DNA from: an uncultured Oscillospiraceae bacterium
Lineage (GTDB): Bacteria > Bacillota > Clostridia > Oscillospirales > Oscillospiraceae
DNA: 64,000 nucleotides
NCBI GenBank assembly: GCA_947626495.1
Contig: CANQSJ010000004.1
Span: forward strand, 33,069-97,068
Direction: 5' to 3'
In this document: piece after piece, positions 18,426-26,811 of the stretch
Layout: the number at the start of each line of letters is the position of its first letter
Numbering within the stretch: the first letter of the stretch is position 1
Notes under the pieces: generated by a model
Databases searched by the model: none
Told to the model about the DNA's origin: nothing
What the model saw: only the letters and a program-made list of their open reading frames with translations
Made by a program: the position numbers and the translations under genes

Positions 18426-18860
18426 TCATTCATCGCCGCTGTTTTCATGCTTGGTCGCTTTCGCCGTCAGGATGTCGATGGCCTTGGTGATGGCTGCCGG
18501 GAGCGGCAGCCCCATGAGGCCGGCGTTCTCCACGATGGATATGACCTCGTTGGCCACGAAGCCGATCACCACGCTATCCCGGATATAATTCGTCCCGGCC
18601 AGCAGGTCCAGCCTGCAGGCGATCAGGACAATAAGCAGCGTCATTCCTTTCCGACACAGCCCTTTCCACCCGGCCCGGCTTTCCAGGGCCCCGTTCTCGC
18701 TTTTTTTCGAGGCGTGGAAAACCCCCGCCACAACAAGCCCGGATATGTAGTCGATGGCCATGCAGATCACGAGCGTCGTCAAGGCTGTGTCCCATCCTCC
18801 AAAAAGTGCCGCTATAGCGCCGCCGATGACGCCGGCGGCTGTGCAGATCGCAGTTTTCAT
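18426..18860 (-). CDS. phage holin (holin_4_1 family-like)
   Basis: MAIDYISGLVVAG...SKKSENG...GWKGLCRKG...VANEVISIVENAGLMGLPLP matches the conserved family pattern. Confidence 0.75.
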   Translation of the reverse strand: MKTAICTAAGVIGGAIAALFGGWDTALTTLVICMAIDYISGLVVAGVFHASKKSENGALESRAGWKGLCRKGMTLLIVLIACRLDLLAGTNYIRDSVVIGFVANEVISIVENAGLMGLPLPAAITKAIDILTAKATKHENSGDE

Positions 18861-18936
18861 TCTCCCCGTCCTTTCCCGGCATAGAAAAGGCGGCCCCGCG
18901 TCATGCGGGGTCGCCGTCATTTCCTGTTGTTCCTTA

Positions 18937-19611
18937 TCACTCCGCGAGCTCCACATAGAGTCCGACCAGGTCCTTCAGGTCGTTATACACCGGTATCCCG
19001 GTGTCGCGGTTGCAGTAATACGTCACACCGTCCTGGGAGTAATACTTGCCGTTCTCCAGGATCATGTTGCCGCTGTAGGGGATGGGGTCGTCCTTCGTGC
19101 CGGCGTGGGTCTCGTCGATCTTGGTCCAGAGGCTGGCAGGCACGTCCGGGGTGTGCGTGGCGATCACGTCGAAGGGGGCCTGAATGCTCTTATAGAGCTG
19201 CTCCTTGTACTGGCATTTCAGCCCAACCTTCTCCACGCGGGTGCCGACCAGGGACTCCCATGTGGGATAATACCGCCGCCAGCGCAGGGCCGTGTTGTCG
19301 TCCACGTCGATGGTGTTGATCTGGGCGGTGACCAAGGCGGCCTGTATCTCCTGCTGCACCTTGGTCTCGGGGTCGACATACTCCGGGTCGGCCATCATGG
19401 CCTGCTGGAAGTACACGTCGAAGTTGCCCTCGATGTCCACCAGCAGCCCGCCGGTGTCCGGGAGCTCCAGGTGATACTCGTCATACTCCCAGCCGCTTTC
19501 CTCGAAGGGCACGGCGTTGGCATAGAACCGGGCGAGGCACATCCCGGGCCGGTTCGGTATCGGCTCCACAGAGAAGGATGCGCTGGGCTGTCTGTCGCCT
19601 CTTACTCTCAT
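18937..19611 (-). CDS. hypothetical tail-fibre-associated protein (224 aa)
   Basis: GGGAGGA RBS 8 nt before ATG 19611. Lies between the DGR RT and the holin. Confidence 0.55.
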   Translation of the reverse strand: MRVRGDRQPSASFSVEPIPNRPGMCLARFYANAVPFEESGWEYDEYHLELPDTGGLLVDIEGNFDVYFQQAMMADPEYVDPETKVQQEIQAALVTAQINTIDVDDNTALRWRRYYPTWESLVGTRVEKVGLKCQYKEQLYKSIQAPFDVIATHTPDVPASLWTKIDETHAGTKDDPIPYSGNMILENGKYYSQDGVTYYCNRDTGIPVYNDLKDLVGLYVELAE

Positions 19612-19638
19612 GTCAGATTCCTCCCATGTTGTAAGTTC

Positions 19639-20838
19639 TCATGCGGCCGCCAAAAGGAGGCGGCTCTTTATGCGTACCACGTCCTTCAGCCGTCCCAGGC
19701 CGATCACGTCCACATACTTCTGCCGGGCCCGGAGGCTGTCGCAATGCTTCAGCTGCCCCGCCCGGCTCAGGAACCCGGCCGCTTGGGAGAAGGATATAGG
19801 CCGCCCGGCGGCGAGCCGTTTTTGGATACGTCGGCTCTGCCGGGTCAGGCGAAGAAAGTTCCGCTTTCTCAGCATCGTTTTTCCGTGGGCGAAGCGATAG
19901 CCCACCGCCGCCACCATGCGGGGCTTGCAGCGGGCCCTCTTGGCCTCGTCCCAGTTCTGGTGCGCCCGCTCCGCCGCGGGCGTGAAGGTCGTGCGGTATA
20001 TCTGCCAGTCGTCCTTCACGTCCAGGTCCAGCTCCTCCCGGAGGAATGCCCGGACCTCTTCGATTGCCCGGTGGAGCTTCCGCTTGTTCGGCCCCAGGAG
20101 GACCAGGTTGTCCATGTGCCGGGTGTGATACTTCACGCCCCGCGAGGGGTTCAAGAGGCGGTCCACAGGCTCCAGGTAGAAGTTGGCCAGCCACTGATTG
20201 ACATAGAAGCCGATCAGGAGCCCCCGGCGGTCGCCCACGACGTCCTCCCAGGTGAGGCTCATAACCTCTGCTTCCAGCAGGGTCAGGGGCTCGCAGGTGA
20301 TGATGATGGCCACCAGAAGCAGGAACTCCTTGTCCTTGATCTTCTGGGCCAGAGCCGTCATCAGCCGCCGCAGGGGGATGGAGCCATAAAAGGATTTCAC
20401 GTCCGCCTCCCCGGCGTACCGGGTCCCCTTGGGATCCCGGCGCATGACCGAGCATAGCCGCTTCCGAACACGAGCCCCGCCCCGGTTCGGGACGGAGGCA
20501 CAGGACCATGGGTCCATGCCGCGCATGAGCACGTCCATCATGGCCTGTGTCACCATGATGTGCATGAGCCCATCCGGGAAGAACGGAACGCTGTTCGTCT
20601 CCCGGACCTTCTGGCTGCTGGCGTCGTAGACCGTCCGCCCGTGAGCGGGCCGGGGCTTGAAACTCCGCTCCCTGACGATCTCCGCCATGACGTCGACGTA
20701 GAAGTCCTCGTGGTCCAGGACCTTCTTCACGTCACGCCGCCGGCGCTTTTCGCTGTCCATGGTCCCCACCCTTATGCAGTGGTGGATAAAGGCCGGGTCA
20801 GCCATCCGCGCATAGATGTTGCCTACTCTCTTCGGCAT
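19639..20838 (-). CDS. diversity-generating retroelement reverse transcriptase (399 aa)
   Basis: Start MPKRVGNIYARM (AAGGAG RBS). GLLIGFYVNQWLANFYLEPVDRLL aligns to the Brt motif GIPIGSLTSQLFANVYGGAVDRLL. TRHMDNLVLLG sits at the YMDD box. The TR lies directly upstream. Confidence 0.9.
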   Translation of the reverse strand: MPKRVGNIYARMADPAFIHHCIRVGTMDSEKRRRRDVKKVLDHEDFYVDVMAEIVRERSFKPRPAHGRTVYDASSQKVRETNSVPFFPDGLMHIMVTQAMMDVLMRGMDPWSCASVPNRGGARVRKRLCSVMRRDPKGTRYAGEADVKSFYGSIPLRRLMTALAQKIKDKEFLLLVAIIITCEPLTLLEAEVMSLTWEDVVGDRRGLLIGFYVNQWLANFYLEPVDRLLNPSRGVKYHTRHMDNLVLLGPNKRKLHRAIEEVRAFLREELDLDVKDDWQIYRTTFTPAAERAHQNWDEAKRARCKPRMVAAVGYRFAHGKTMLRKRNFLRLTRQSRRIQKRLAAGRPISFSQAAGFLSRAGQLKHCDSLRARQKYVDVIGLGRLKDVVRIKSRLLLAAA

Positions 20839-20970
20839 CAGGATATCACGCTCCTTGTTTGCCTTCGGCCCCGTCCGAACCCTTGCGGGCCTACTAGGTT
20901 CCGTCCTGATGGCAATATTTTCGCCATGTGGCGAGGAAAAGCCTGTGCGCGTAATCTGGAGCGTCCAAAC

Positions 20971-21106
20971 AAGGGGGCGGGCGCCGATGTTCGAGTTCGA
21001 GTTCGACGAGTCGTTGTTCGCGTTGAAATACCACCAGCCGCAATTCGAGCCATTGTTCCAGTTGCCACCGACGTGGAGCACGCGCCAACCGGAGTTGTAG
21101 TTCGCG
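20971..21106 (-). repeat. DGR template repeat (TR)
   Basis: 136 bp matching 21347-21482 at a constant offset of 376. It differs at 15 positions that are all A on the minus (coding) strand, plus one position in the GC-rich 3' end. Confidence 0.9.
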
Positions 21107-21305
21107 GCAGAAAGAGCACCGGCACCACTGCACAGACAGTCCCTTCCGAGGATTATATTCTTTTCCCTAGTGTCCATCCGAAAAACGTCATAAAATAACG
21201 TATTTCGTCATTTTTAAAACTCGTCACCGGGGCTTCGCCCCGGATCCCATGCGGCCCGGCGGCCCGCCGGTGGTCTTGCGCTGGCGGGCTACCGCTGCCA
21301 CAGCC

Positions 21306-21325
21306 CCGGGGGCTGCGGCCCCCGG
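21306..21325 (-). promoter_or_regulatory. GC hairpin 7 nt downstream of the target-gene stop (DGR homing hairpin/cruciform candidate)
   Basis: Minus strand: CCGGGGGC-CGCA-GCCCCCGG, a perfect 8-bp stem with a 4-nt loop. Confidence 0.5.
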
Positions 21326-21331
21326 TCCCCC

Positions 21332-24100
21332 TCAGGGGTCACGATAAAGGAGGCGGGCGCCGAGGTACGAGTTCGAGTACGACGAGCCGCCGCTCGCGCC
21401 GAAATACCACCAGCCGCAATACGAGCCATCGTTCCAGCCGCCACCGACGTGGAGCACGCGCCAACCGGAGCTGTAGTACGCGTAATCGGGAACATAGGTC
21501 GTCTCGCTGCCTCCCGTCTCGGAGGGATAGAACGCCCAGGGCATTTCCTCCGACATGCCGAGCGCCTTGATATAGCCATTGGACTGTGCCTTCGTGCCGA
21601 TCTCGGTGTAGTTCTCGTTGGTGTCGTCCTTGAATTTGGACGGATCGAGGCAGACGTAGACCTTGCCGTCGTTGAAGTTGACGCCGTCGATCCACCGGTA
21701 TATCGTGCCCCAGGGTGCTTCGATGTGCCGATACTGTACGGGCACCTTGTCGTCGGTCCCGTCTGGACGGCCTGTGTGGTAGGCCATGGCGTCCGTGCCG
21801 CCGGTGTTTATGGCGCCGGAGTTGCTGCTGTTGGAGTAGCCCTTGCCGATCTTCTCTTGGCAGTTGAAGTCTGCATACTCCACCAGGTAGAGCAAGCACT
21901 GGGCGGCCCAAGCGGCAAAATCTTCAATCTGCCAGCCGGTGCCCTTCTTGGCGCTCTCCTCCCGGGCGGTCTTCCTGGTGATGTTCACCAGCGGCGCCTT
22001 TGCGGAGATCGACACATAGCCGCTGCTGATATGATACCTGCCCACATAGCAGTTGCTGCCGGGGTGAAGGGTGACGCCATCCTTGGCCCCGTCCGCTATG
22101 TAGAAATACCGCTTTTTCTCGTTGGAGACATCCTTGACGGCGAAGTAGAACGTGGGGATATAGACCATCACGTCCTTCTCCGTCCGGGAGAAGCCCTCGG
22201 TCCCGCTCTTGGTCTTGACGCCCTCGGGGGTGATGTTGTACTCCTCCATGCCGGACCAGGGCATACAGGTGTCAAAGGGGGAGCTGCCGACCGAGGAACC
22301 GACGGCGGCCTGGGGCTCCTCCGACACCTCCGCGGTGACCAGGTTGTTCGGGTCGTCGTCCTTCTTGAGCCTGGTCAGGGCCGTGGACTCGGCGCCGTAG
22401 TTCCAGCAGACGCCCCAGATCTTCACATAGTCCAGCTTGATCTCATAGCCCTTGTACTCGGTGGCCTCGACAGTTCCTTCCGCGGTCTCCTCGTTGAGCG
22501 TGACCGTGACCTTCCAGGTCCCCAGCTTCGGCAGATACCACTTCCGGGAGCCCAGCGTGACCAGGCCGGTCAGCTGCGTCCCTTCGCATTCCAGGGCGGC
22601 GTTGGATCCAGCCGTGGCGGTGACGGTGATCGTGGGGAAGGTGACCTCGGCCGAGTAGCTGTGGCCCTTCTCGTTCACGTCCACTGTTTCCTGAGAGGAC
22701 GTGGCACCCTCCTTCGTGGCCTTCACGGTGTAGGTGCCGGCCTTGGTGATGGTGAACTCCACCGTCCCGCCGTCCTTGACCGTGTCCTCGTAGCTCTCGC
22801 CGCCGTCCGCGCTCGCCGTGACGACGGCGTCCTTTTCAGCCGTCACGGTCAGCGTGGCAGTGAAATAGGTGATGGTGACCTCATAGGCTTTGTACTCCTC
22901 GACCGTCACCGTGTCTTCGGCGGTGTCCCCGTCCTTCTCGGCCTTGACGGTCCACTCGCCCAGCTCGGGCAGCCAGAAGGTCACCGGATCGCCGGTGCTC
23001 TCTTTTTCAATGCTGGTCTCGCCCTTGCTGACAGTGATCGTGCTGCCGGACTCCACGGTGACCGCCAGGGTGATGAACGCGACCTCGGCGGTGTACTGGC
23101 CGCCATTCGAGTCGACCTCGACGCTGGCATCGTTGGAGGTGGCGCCGGAATACTCGGCCGTGACCTCCCATGTCCCGGATTTATAGAGTTGCAGCGTGAC
23201 CTTGCCGCCCTCTTCGGCGCGGCCGGTCGCTGTCTCGTCGCCGCAGGTGGCCGTCACCTCCGCGCCGTCCACCGCCGTCACTTCCAGCGTGGCGGCGAAC
23301 ATTTCCAGGTGCACGCTCTGCATGCCGAAGTACGGGCCCGTGACCACCTTCACGGCGTAGTCATGGCCATTGCTGCCCTGGGCCTTCACCGTGTAGGTGG
23401 TGCTCGGCATGTGGCAGTTCACGAACGCCTCCAACTCCTCCGGGACGGTCCCTGTGTAGGTCTCATCCTGGCCATCCGTGACGGTGTATTCCTTGCCCTT
23501 GAAGCCCTCGTCAAAGGTGATGGTGAGCCCGCAGCGCACCGCGTTCTTGGCTGCCTCTTCTGCCTCCTGGACGGACTTATCCAGCTCGGCTTTGTAGTCC
23601 TCGAACCGGCCGTCGAACTCGTCATAGAAGCCCTGCATGGCCTTCTCCATAGCCTCCATGGTGACGCAGTTGCTCGGGTCGATCACCACCGTGATCTCGG
23701 CGTCGTTCTTCAGGGACACGATGCCATAGAAGGTATACAGGAAGTCGGGAGTCTGGGAGGCCGCGGGGATGTCCACGCCCTCCTCATACTGATAAAGGCA
23801 CACCAGAGTAAGCTCGCCATCTTCCCCGGCCTTTCCCCAGAAGCCGATCTGATTGGCCTTGTACTCCTCCGTGTGACCGCGCACCTGCACACCGATCCGC
23901 CGGCCACCCTCCACCGCGTTGTTGGCCATGATGGACGCTTCCTGTTTCTCGTTCACCAGGGACGTCTGTTCCTTCAGCTCCTCAGCTGAAACGGTGCCGG
24001 TGCCGAAGGTGGCCTTGCATATACTGATCTTCTCCCCGTTAAGGGCCCTGGCAATGAGGTCGTCACCGGTGTTGGTCACGCACCCTATCCATCTGCTCAT
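21332..24100 (-). CDS. tail fibre / receptor-binding protein, DGR target (922 aa)
   Basis: N-terminus resembles the phage tail-collar fibre domain. Five ~70-aa beta-rich tandem repeats follow. The C-terminal Trp/Gly/Tyr-rich CLec-like domain ends in the VR. AGGAGGA RBS. Confidence 0.9.
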   Translation of the reverse strand: MSRWIGCVTNTGDDLIARALNGEKISICKATFGTGTVSAEELKEQTSLVNEKQEASIMANNAVEGGRRIGVQVRGHTEEYKANQIGFWGKAGEDGELTLVCLYQYEEGVDIPAASQTPDFLYTFYGIVSLKNDAEITVVIDPSNCVTMEAMEKAMQGFYDEFDGRFEDYKAELDKSVQEAEEAAKNAVRCGLTITFDEGFKGKEYTVTDGQDETYTGTVPEELEAFVNCHMPSTTYTVKAQGSNGHDYAVKVVTGPYFGMQSVHLEMFAATLEVTAVDGAEVTATCGDETATGRAEEGGKVTLQLYKSGTWEVTAEYSGATSNDASVEVDSNGGQYTAEVAFITLAVTVESGSTITVSKGETSIEKESTGDPVTFWLPELGEWTVKAEKDGDTAEDTVTVEEYKAYEVTITYFTATLTVTAEKDAVVTASADGGESYEDTVKDGGTVEFTITKAGTYTVKATKEGATSSQETVDVNEKGHSYSAEVTFPTITVTATAGSNAALECEGTQLTGLVTLGSRKWYLPKLGTWKVTVTLNEETAEGTVEATEYKGYEIKLDYVKIWGVCWNYGAESTALTRLKKDDDPNNLVTAEVSEEPQAAVGSSVGSSPFDTCMPWSGMEEYNITPEGVKTKSGTEGFSRTEKDVMVYIPTFYFAVKDVSNEKKRYFYIADGAKDGVTLHPGSNCYVGRYHISSGYVSISAKAPLVNITRKTAREESAKKGTGWQIEDFAAWAAQCLLYLVEYADFNCQEKIGKGYSNSSNSGAINTGGTDAMAYHTGRPDGTDDKVPVQYRHIEAPWGTIYRWIDGVNFNDGKVYVCLDPSKFKDDTNENYTEIGTKAQSNGYIKALGMSEEMPWAFYPSETGGSETTYVPDYAYYSSGWRVLHVGGGWNDGSYCGWWYFGASGGSSYSNSYLGARLLYRDP
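21347..21482 (-). repeat. DGR variable repeat (VR) at the 3' end of the tail-fibre gene
   Basis: See TR. Encodes YSSGWRVLHVGGGWNDGSYCGWWYFGASGGSSYSNSYLGAR, versus TR-encoded NSGWRVLHVGGNWNNGSNCGWWYFNANNDSSNSNSNIGAR. Confidence 0.9.
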
Positions 24101-24113
24101 GCTCGTTGTCCTC

Positions 24114-24719
24114 CTATATCATGTCGTCTGCCGCACAGGAATCCACCATCGCACAGCCAGCGAGGGCCGCCCCGGTATGGAGGATGGCGTCTTCGCTGTG
24201 GTCGTAGTAGTCGATGACGTCCAGAACGGACCGATAGCTCTTGTTGTAGAGCACCCGCTCCCACACCTTCCGGTAGATGGACGTGGCGGACGACTCGCCG
24301 CCGCCGGCCTCCTCCGCCGGTATCTCGACCTTGAAGTGGTACGGCTGGCCGCCGTATTCGAACCACTCATAGACGTTGGCCCCGGGAAAGAACGTCGTCA
24401 CCTCGTTCATGACGGCGCTCTTCGTCCCCAGGTGCCGATGTACCTGGAAGTTGTTTTTGATCTGGGCCCGCTTCGTCTCGATATCCGCGTCGTAGGCGTA
24501 CCAGTCCACCTTGAAGTCATAGGCCAGGGCGTCCAGCAGCGGCTCCGGGAGCTTGTCGATGTTGATGTATATCATGGCGGCGTCAGTGGCCACGGCCTGG
24601 GCAGCCAGGGCGTCGACGATGGCTGCCGCCAGGTCCTTCATGTTCTGGCTTCTGGCCAGAGCATCCGGGAGGCCGTTCAGAATGTTCTCAGCCGTCAGTC
24701 CGTTCTCATTCATCTTCAT
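24114..24719 (-). CDS. tail protein I-like (P2 gpI / XkdU-like)
   Basis: Position after baseplate J. LPEPLLDALAYDFKVDWY is a typical gpI-family motif. Confidence 0.65.
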   Translation of the reverse strand: MKMNENGLTAENILNGLPDALARSQNMKDLAAAIVDALAAQAVATDAAMIYINIDKLPEPLLDALAYDFKVDWYAYDADIETKRAQIKNNFQVHRHLGTKSAVMNEVTTFFPGANVYEWFEYGGQPYHFKVEIPAEEAGGGESSATSIYRKVWERVLYNKSYRSVLDVIDYYDHSEDAILHTGAALAGCAMVDSCAADDMI

Positions 24720-25842
24720 ACCCCCCGTTGGTGATCGTCTTCTTGGAGCACTGGGCCACCTGGGGGACGTCGCCCTCCGTGGACCCATCCTTCAGCTCCG
24801 TGAAGGCAGGCTCCTTGACCACCACGCGCTTCACCCCGGCCTCCATAAGAAGCTGTATCAGGTATGACGGGTTGATGTCCCTGCCCAGGGCCGTGGACTG
24901 CCAGATGGTGTATTTCTCCACCGCCTCGTTGACGGCAGCCTCGATATCGGAGGCGGACGTCGCCGACGCCTTGGATATGTAGTAGGTCACGTCCAGGTTG
25001 TACTCGACCTTGTCCGGGTCCTCAACAGATACCTTGTCCGTGAGTGGGCGAACCGTGTCGTCGTTGCAAGCTTCCAGCACCAGCCGCTTCGTTTCCTCAT
25101 TGGCAATGGTGCCGTCGTTCATCAGCACGTAGAGCTTCACCACGCCCGCCTCCGGGGTGGTGGGGACCACATCGGCGATATCCGTGGACACCTTCTTGGC
25201 GTGGTAGATGTAGGCCCCGCGTGGGCCGGCGGTGGAATAGGCGTCCTGGCTCGTCCGCAGAATCTCGTAATATTCCTCGTCCGTGGCCCGGTCGGAACCG
25301 CCGCCGCTGACGGTGATATTTTCGCAGGACTGGTAGTAGTCGAACACGTCCACCAGCTGCGTGATGGAGCCGGCAGCATATCCATTCCCCAGGGAGCCGG
25401 GGGTCTGGCACCGAACCTGCGCCTCCACTTCGGTGCTGCCCATTTCCACATACACATCTTCCAGCGTGGCCCAGACAAGGGTCCGCTTATCATCCGTGAC
25501 ACGGGTCCCGCGGGGGACAAGGATGGATGTTTCCTGCGCCTCGGAGATCGTGAATTTCATGGTGCACACCGCTGCCGTGGCCTCCGGGCGCTCCAAGGCA
25601 AAGAAAAGCCCGCCAAGCGCGTCCAGATTCTCTCCTTCGGCGCGGGCGGGGATATTCTGATTGGCGGCGTAGTTTATCAGGGCCCGCTCTTGAATGAGCA
25701 CCCCGGCCACCCACTGGATGAACAGCTTCTCCGGGCTGGCCGGAAGAACGGTCGTTCCCGTGATCTCTGCGTACATGGCCTCCAAGCTGGCCACCAGCTC
25801 GTCGGCATCCACGGGCACAAACTGATAATCGCTCCTACTCAA
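24706..25842 (-). CDS. baseplate J-like protein
   Basis: 378 aa with J-family-like sequence. TTG start at 25842 with GGAGGTGA 6 nt upstream. Confidence 0.8.
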   Translation of the reverse strand: MSRSDYQFVPVDADELVASLEAMYAEITGTTVLPASPEKLFIQWVAGVLIQERALINYAANQNIPARAEGENLDALGGLFFALERPEATAAVCTMKFTISEAQETSILVPRGTRVTDDKRTLVWATLEDVYVEMGSTEVEAQVRCQTPGSLGNGYAAGSITQLVDVFDYYQSCENITVSGGGSDRATDEEYYEILRTSQDAYSTAGPRGAYIYHAKKVSTDIADVVPTTPEAGVVKLYVLMNDGTIANEETKRLVLEACNDDTVRPLTDKVSVEDPDKVEYNLDVTYYISKASATSASDIEAAVNEAVEKYTIWQSTALGRDINPSYLIQLLMEAGVKRVVVKEPAFTELKDGSTEGDVPQVAQCSKKTITNGGYEDE

Positions 25843-26149
25843 GGATCGTCACCTCCACAGTCGGAATTATGGAGCCGTCGTTCTCCGCCTGTTCAATGAC
25901 GACATTATCAACGCGGACACGGGGCTCGTATTTTTCCACCTTCTCCCGGATGTCAGCGTACAGCATTGGGAGAACGGTATGAATAGCCCTACCCCTGTGG
26001 TCACGGGACAGGCCGAAGTCTCTATACATGGGCACGGTTCCCTGGATGGTGGTCAGGATGATGCGGACATTTTGAAGAACCGACGCCACAACGTTGCTTT
26101 CGTTGAGCGTCAGCTCTGCCCCGTCGTTGGCAGAAATCGTATATCTCAT
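25835..26149 (-). CDS. baseplate wedge protein W / gp25-like
   Basis: 104 aa. ...VLQNVRIILTTIQGTVPMYRDFG... is the gp25/GPW pattern. Confidence 0.7.
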   Translation of the reverse strand: MRYTISANDGAELTLNESNVVASVLQNVRIILTTIQGTVPMYRDFGLSRDHRGRAIHTVLPMLYADIREKVEKYEPRVRVDNVVIEQAENDGSIIPTVEVTILE

Positions 26150-26158
26150 GGATTCACC

Positions 26159-26545
26159 TCACGACAAAAGGTATTCCTGCAGGGTGAGGGATACCGTGGC
26201 CGTCCCCGGTCCATTGGTCTGGATCTGGGCGCTGAACGCGGTGATGGTCCACCTGTACCGCCCGTAGCTTTTCGTGCCTATCACCAGGGGCATCGTCCGG
26301 GCCGTCTCCATGGCTGTGCGGATTTCCTCGATCTCGCTGTCCGGGTCGGCTCCAAGAGCCGAGGACAGCTCAACATCAAAGGTGATCTTCTCGGGCTCCA
26401 GTCCTGTAAACTCCGTGAGCGAGCTGGCCATGTGCCGCTTATGCGTGGCATAGGAAGCCGAGCCGGAATACTTCATGTTGTTGAGTGTCTTGATGGTGTA
26501 TGAGGACACGGAAAAAACGATGTCCCCGAGGCATCCAACGATCAT
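26159..26545 (-). CDS. phage tail protein (GpU-like by eye)
   Basis: 128 aa. ATGA coupling to the upstream gene. Weak resemblance to the P2 GpU family. Confidence 0.45.
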   Translation of the reverse strand: MIVGCLGDIVFSVSSYTIKTLNNMKYSGSASYATHKRHMASSLTEFTGLEPEKITFDVELSSALGADPDSEIEEIRTAMETARTMPLVIGTKSYGRYRWTITAFSAQIQTNGPGTATVSLTLQEYLLS

Positions 26546-26811
26546 GTCACTACCACCCCCAAAATATAGCCGTCTGCATTGAAGATCGGCGGGTAAAGGC
26601 ACAGCACCATTTCATTCACCTTCGGCATCCAGTATCCCGCCGAGGCTCCGTGCGTGTGCCCGTCGGCCGGGTTCACGGACACGACCGCCCGCGGATGCTG
26701 AAGGACCGGCAGCCACCCGGACGTCATATCCTCGTCCAGGAATTTCACGCGGGCCAAATACTTCCCGGCATCAATGGCCGTGACCTTGCCAGGCCTCACG
26801 ATGCTACCCAT
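26542..26811 (-). CDS. baseplate assembly protein V-like (small spike/OB-fold protein)
   Basis: GKVTAIDAGKYLARVKFLDEDMTSGWLPVLQ is the gpV-type N-terminal motif. Confidence 0.55.
   Translation of the reverse strand: MGSIVRPGKVTAIDAGKYLARVKFLDEDMTSGWLPVLQHPRAVVSVNPADGHTHGASAGYWMPKVNEMVLCLYPPIFNADGYILGVVVT

Noticed and set aside
18937-19611. Candidate DGR accessory protein (Avd) downstream of the RT
   Set aside because: At 224 aa, and beta/aromatic-rich in sequence, it is unlike the ~120-aa basic four-helix-bundle Avd. It is more likely a fibre-associated protein. A remote-homology test is still suggested in the findings.
19639-21177. The 512-aa ORF read as a single protein (RT with a 113-aa N-terminal extension)
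   Set aside because: The extension is the TR and the TR-RT spacer, which happen to be open in frame. A good AAGGAG RBS and the conserved RT N-terminus (MPKRVGNIY) start at 20838. The apparent similarity of the extension to the fibre C-terminus is the TR/VR repeat itself.
20838-21911. Short ORFs 20838..21128, 20894..21133, 21289..21579 and 21339..21911 that resemble each other
   Set aside because: They are alternative-frame readings of the TR and VR repeats, not paralogous genes.
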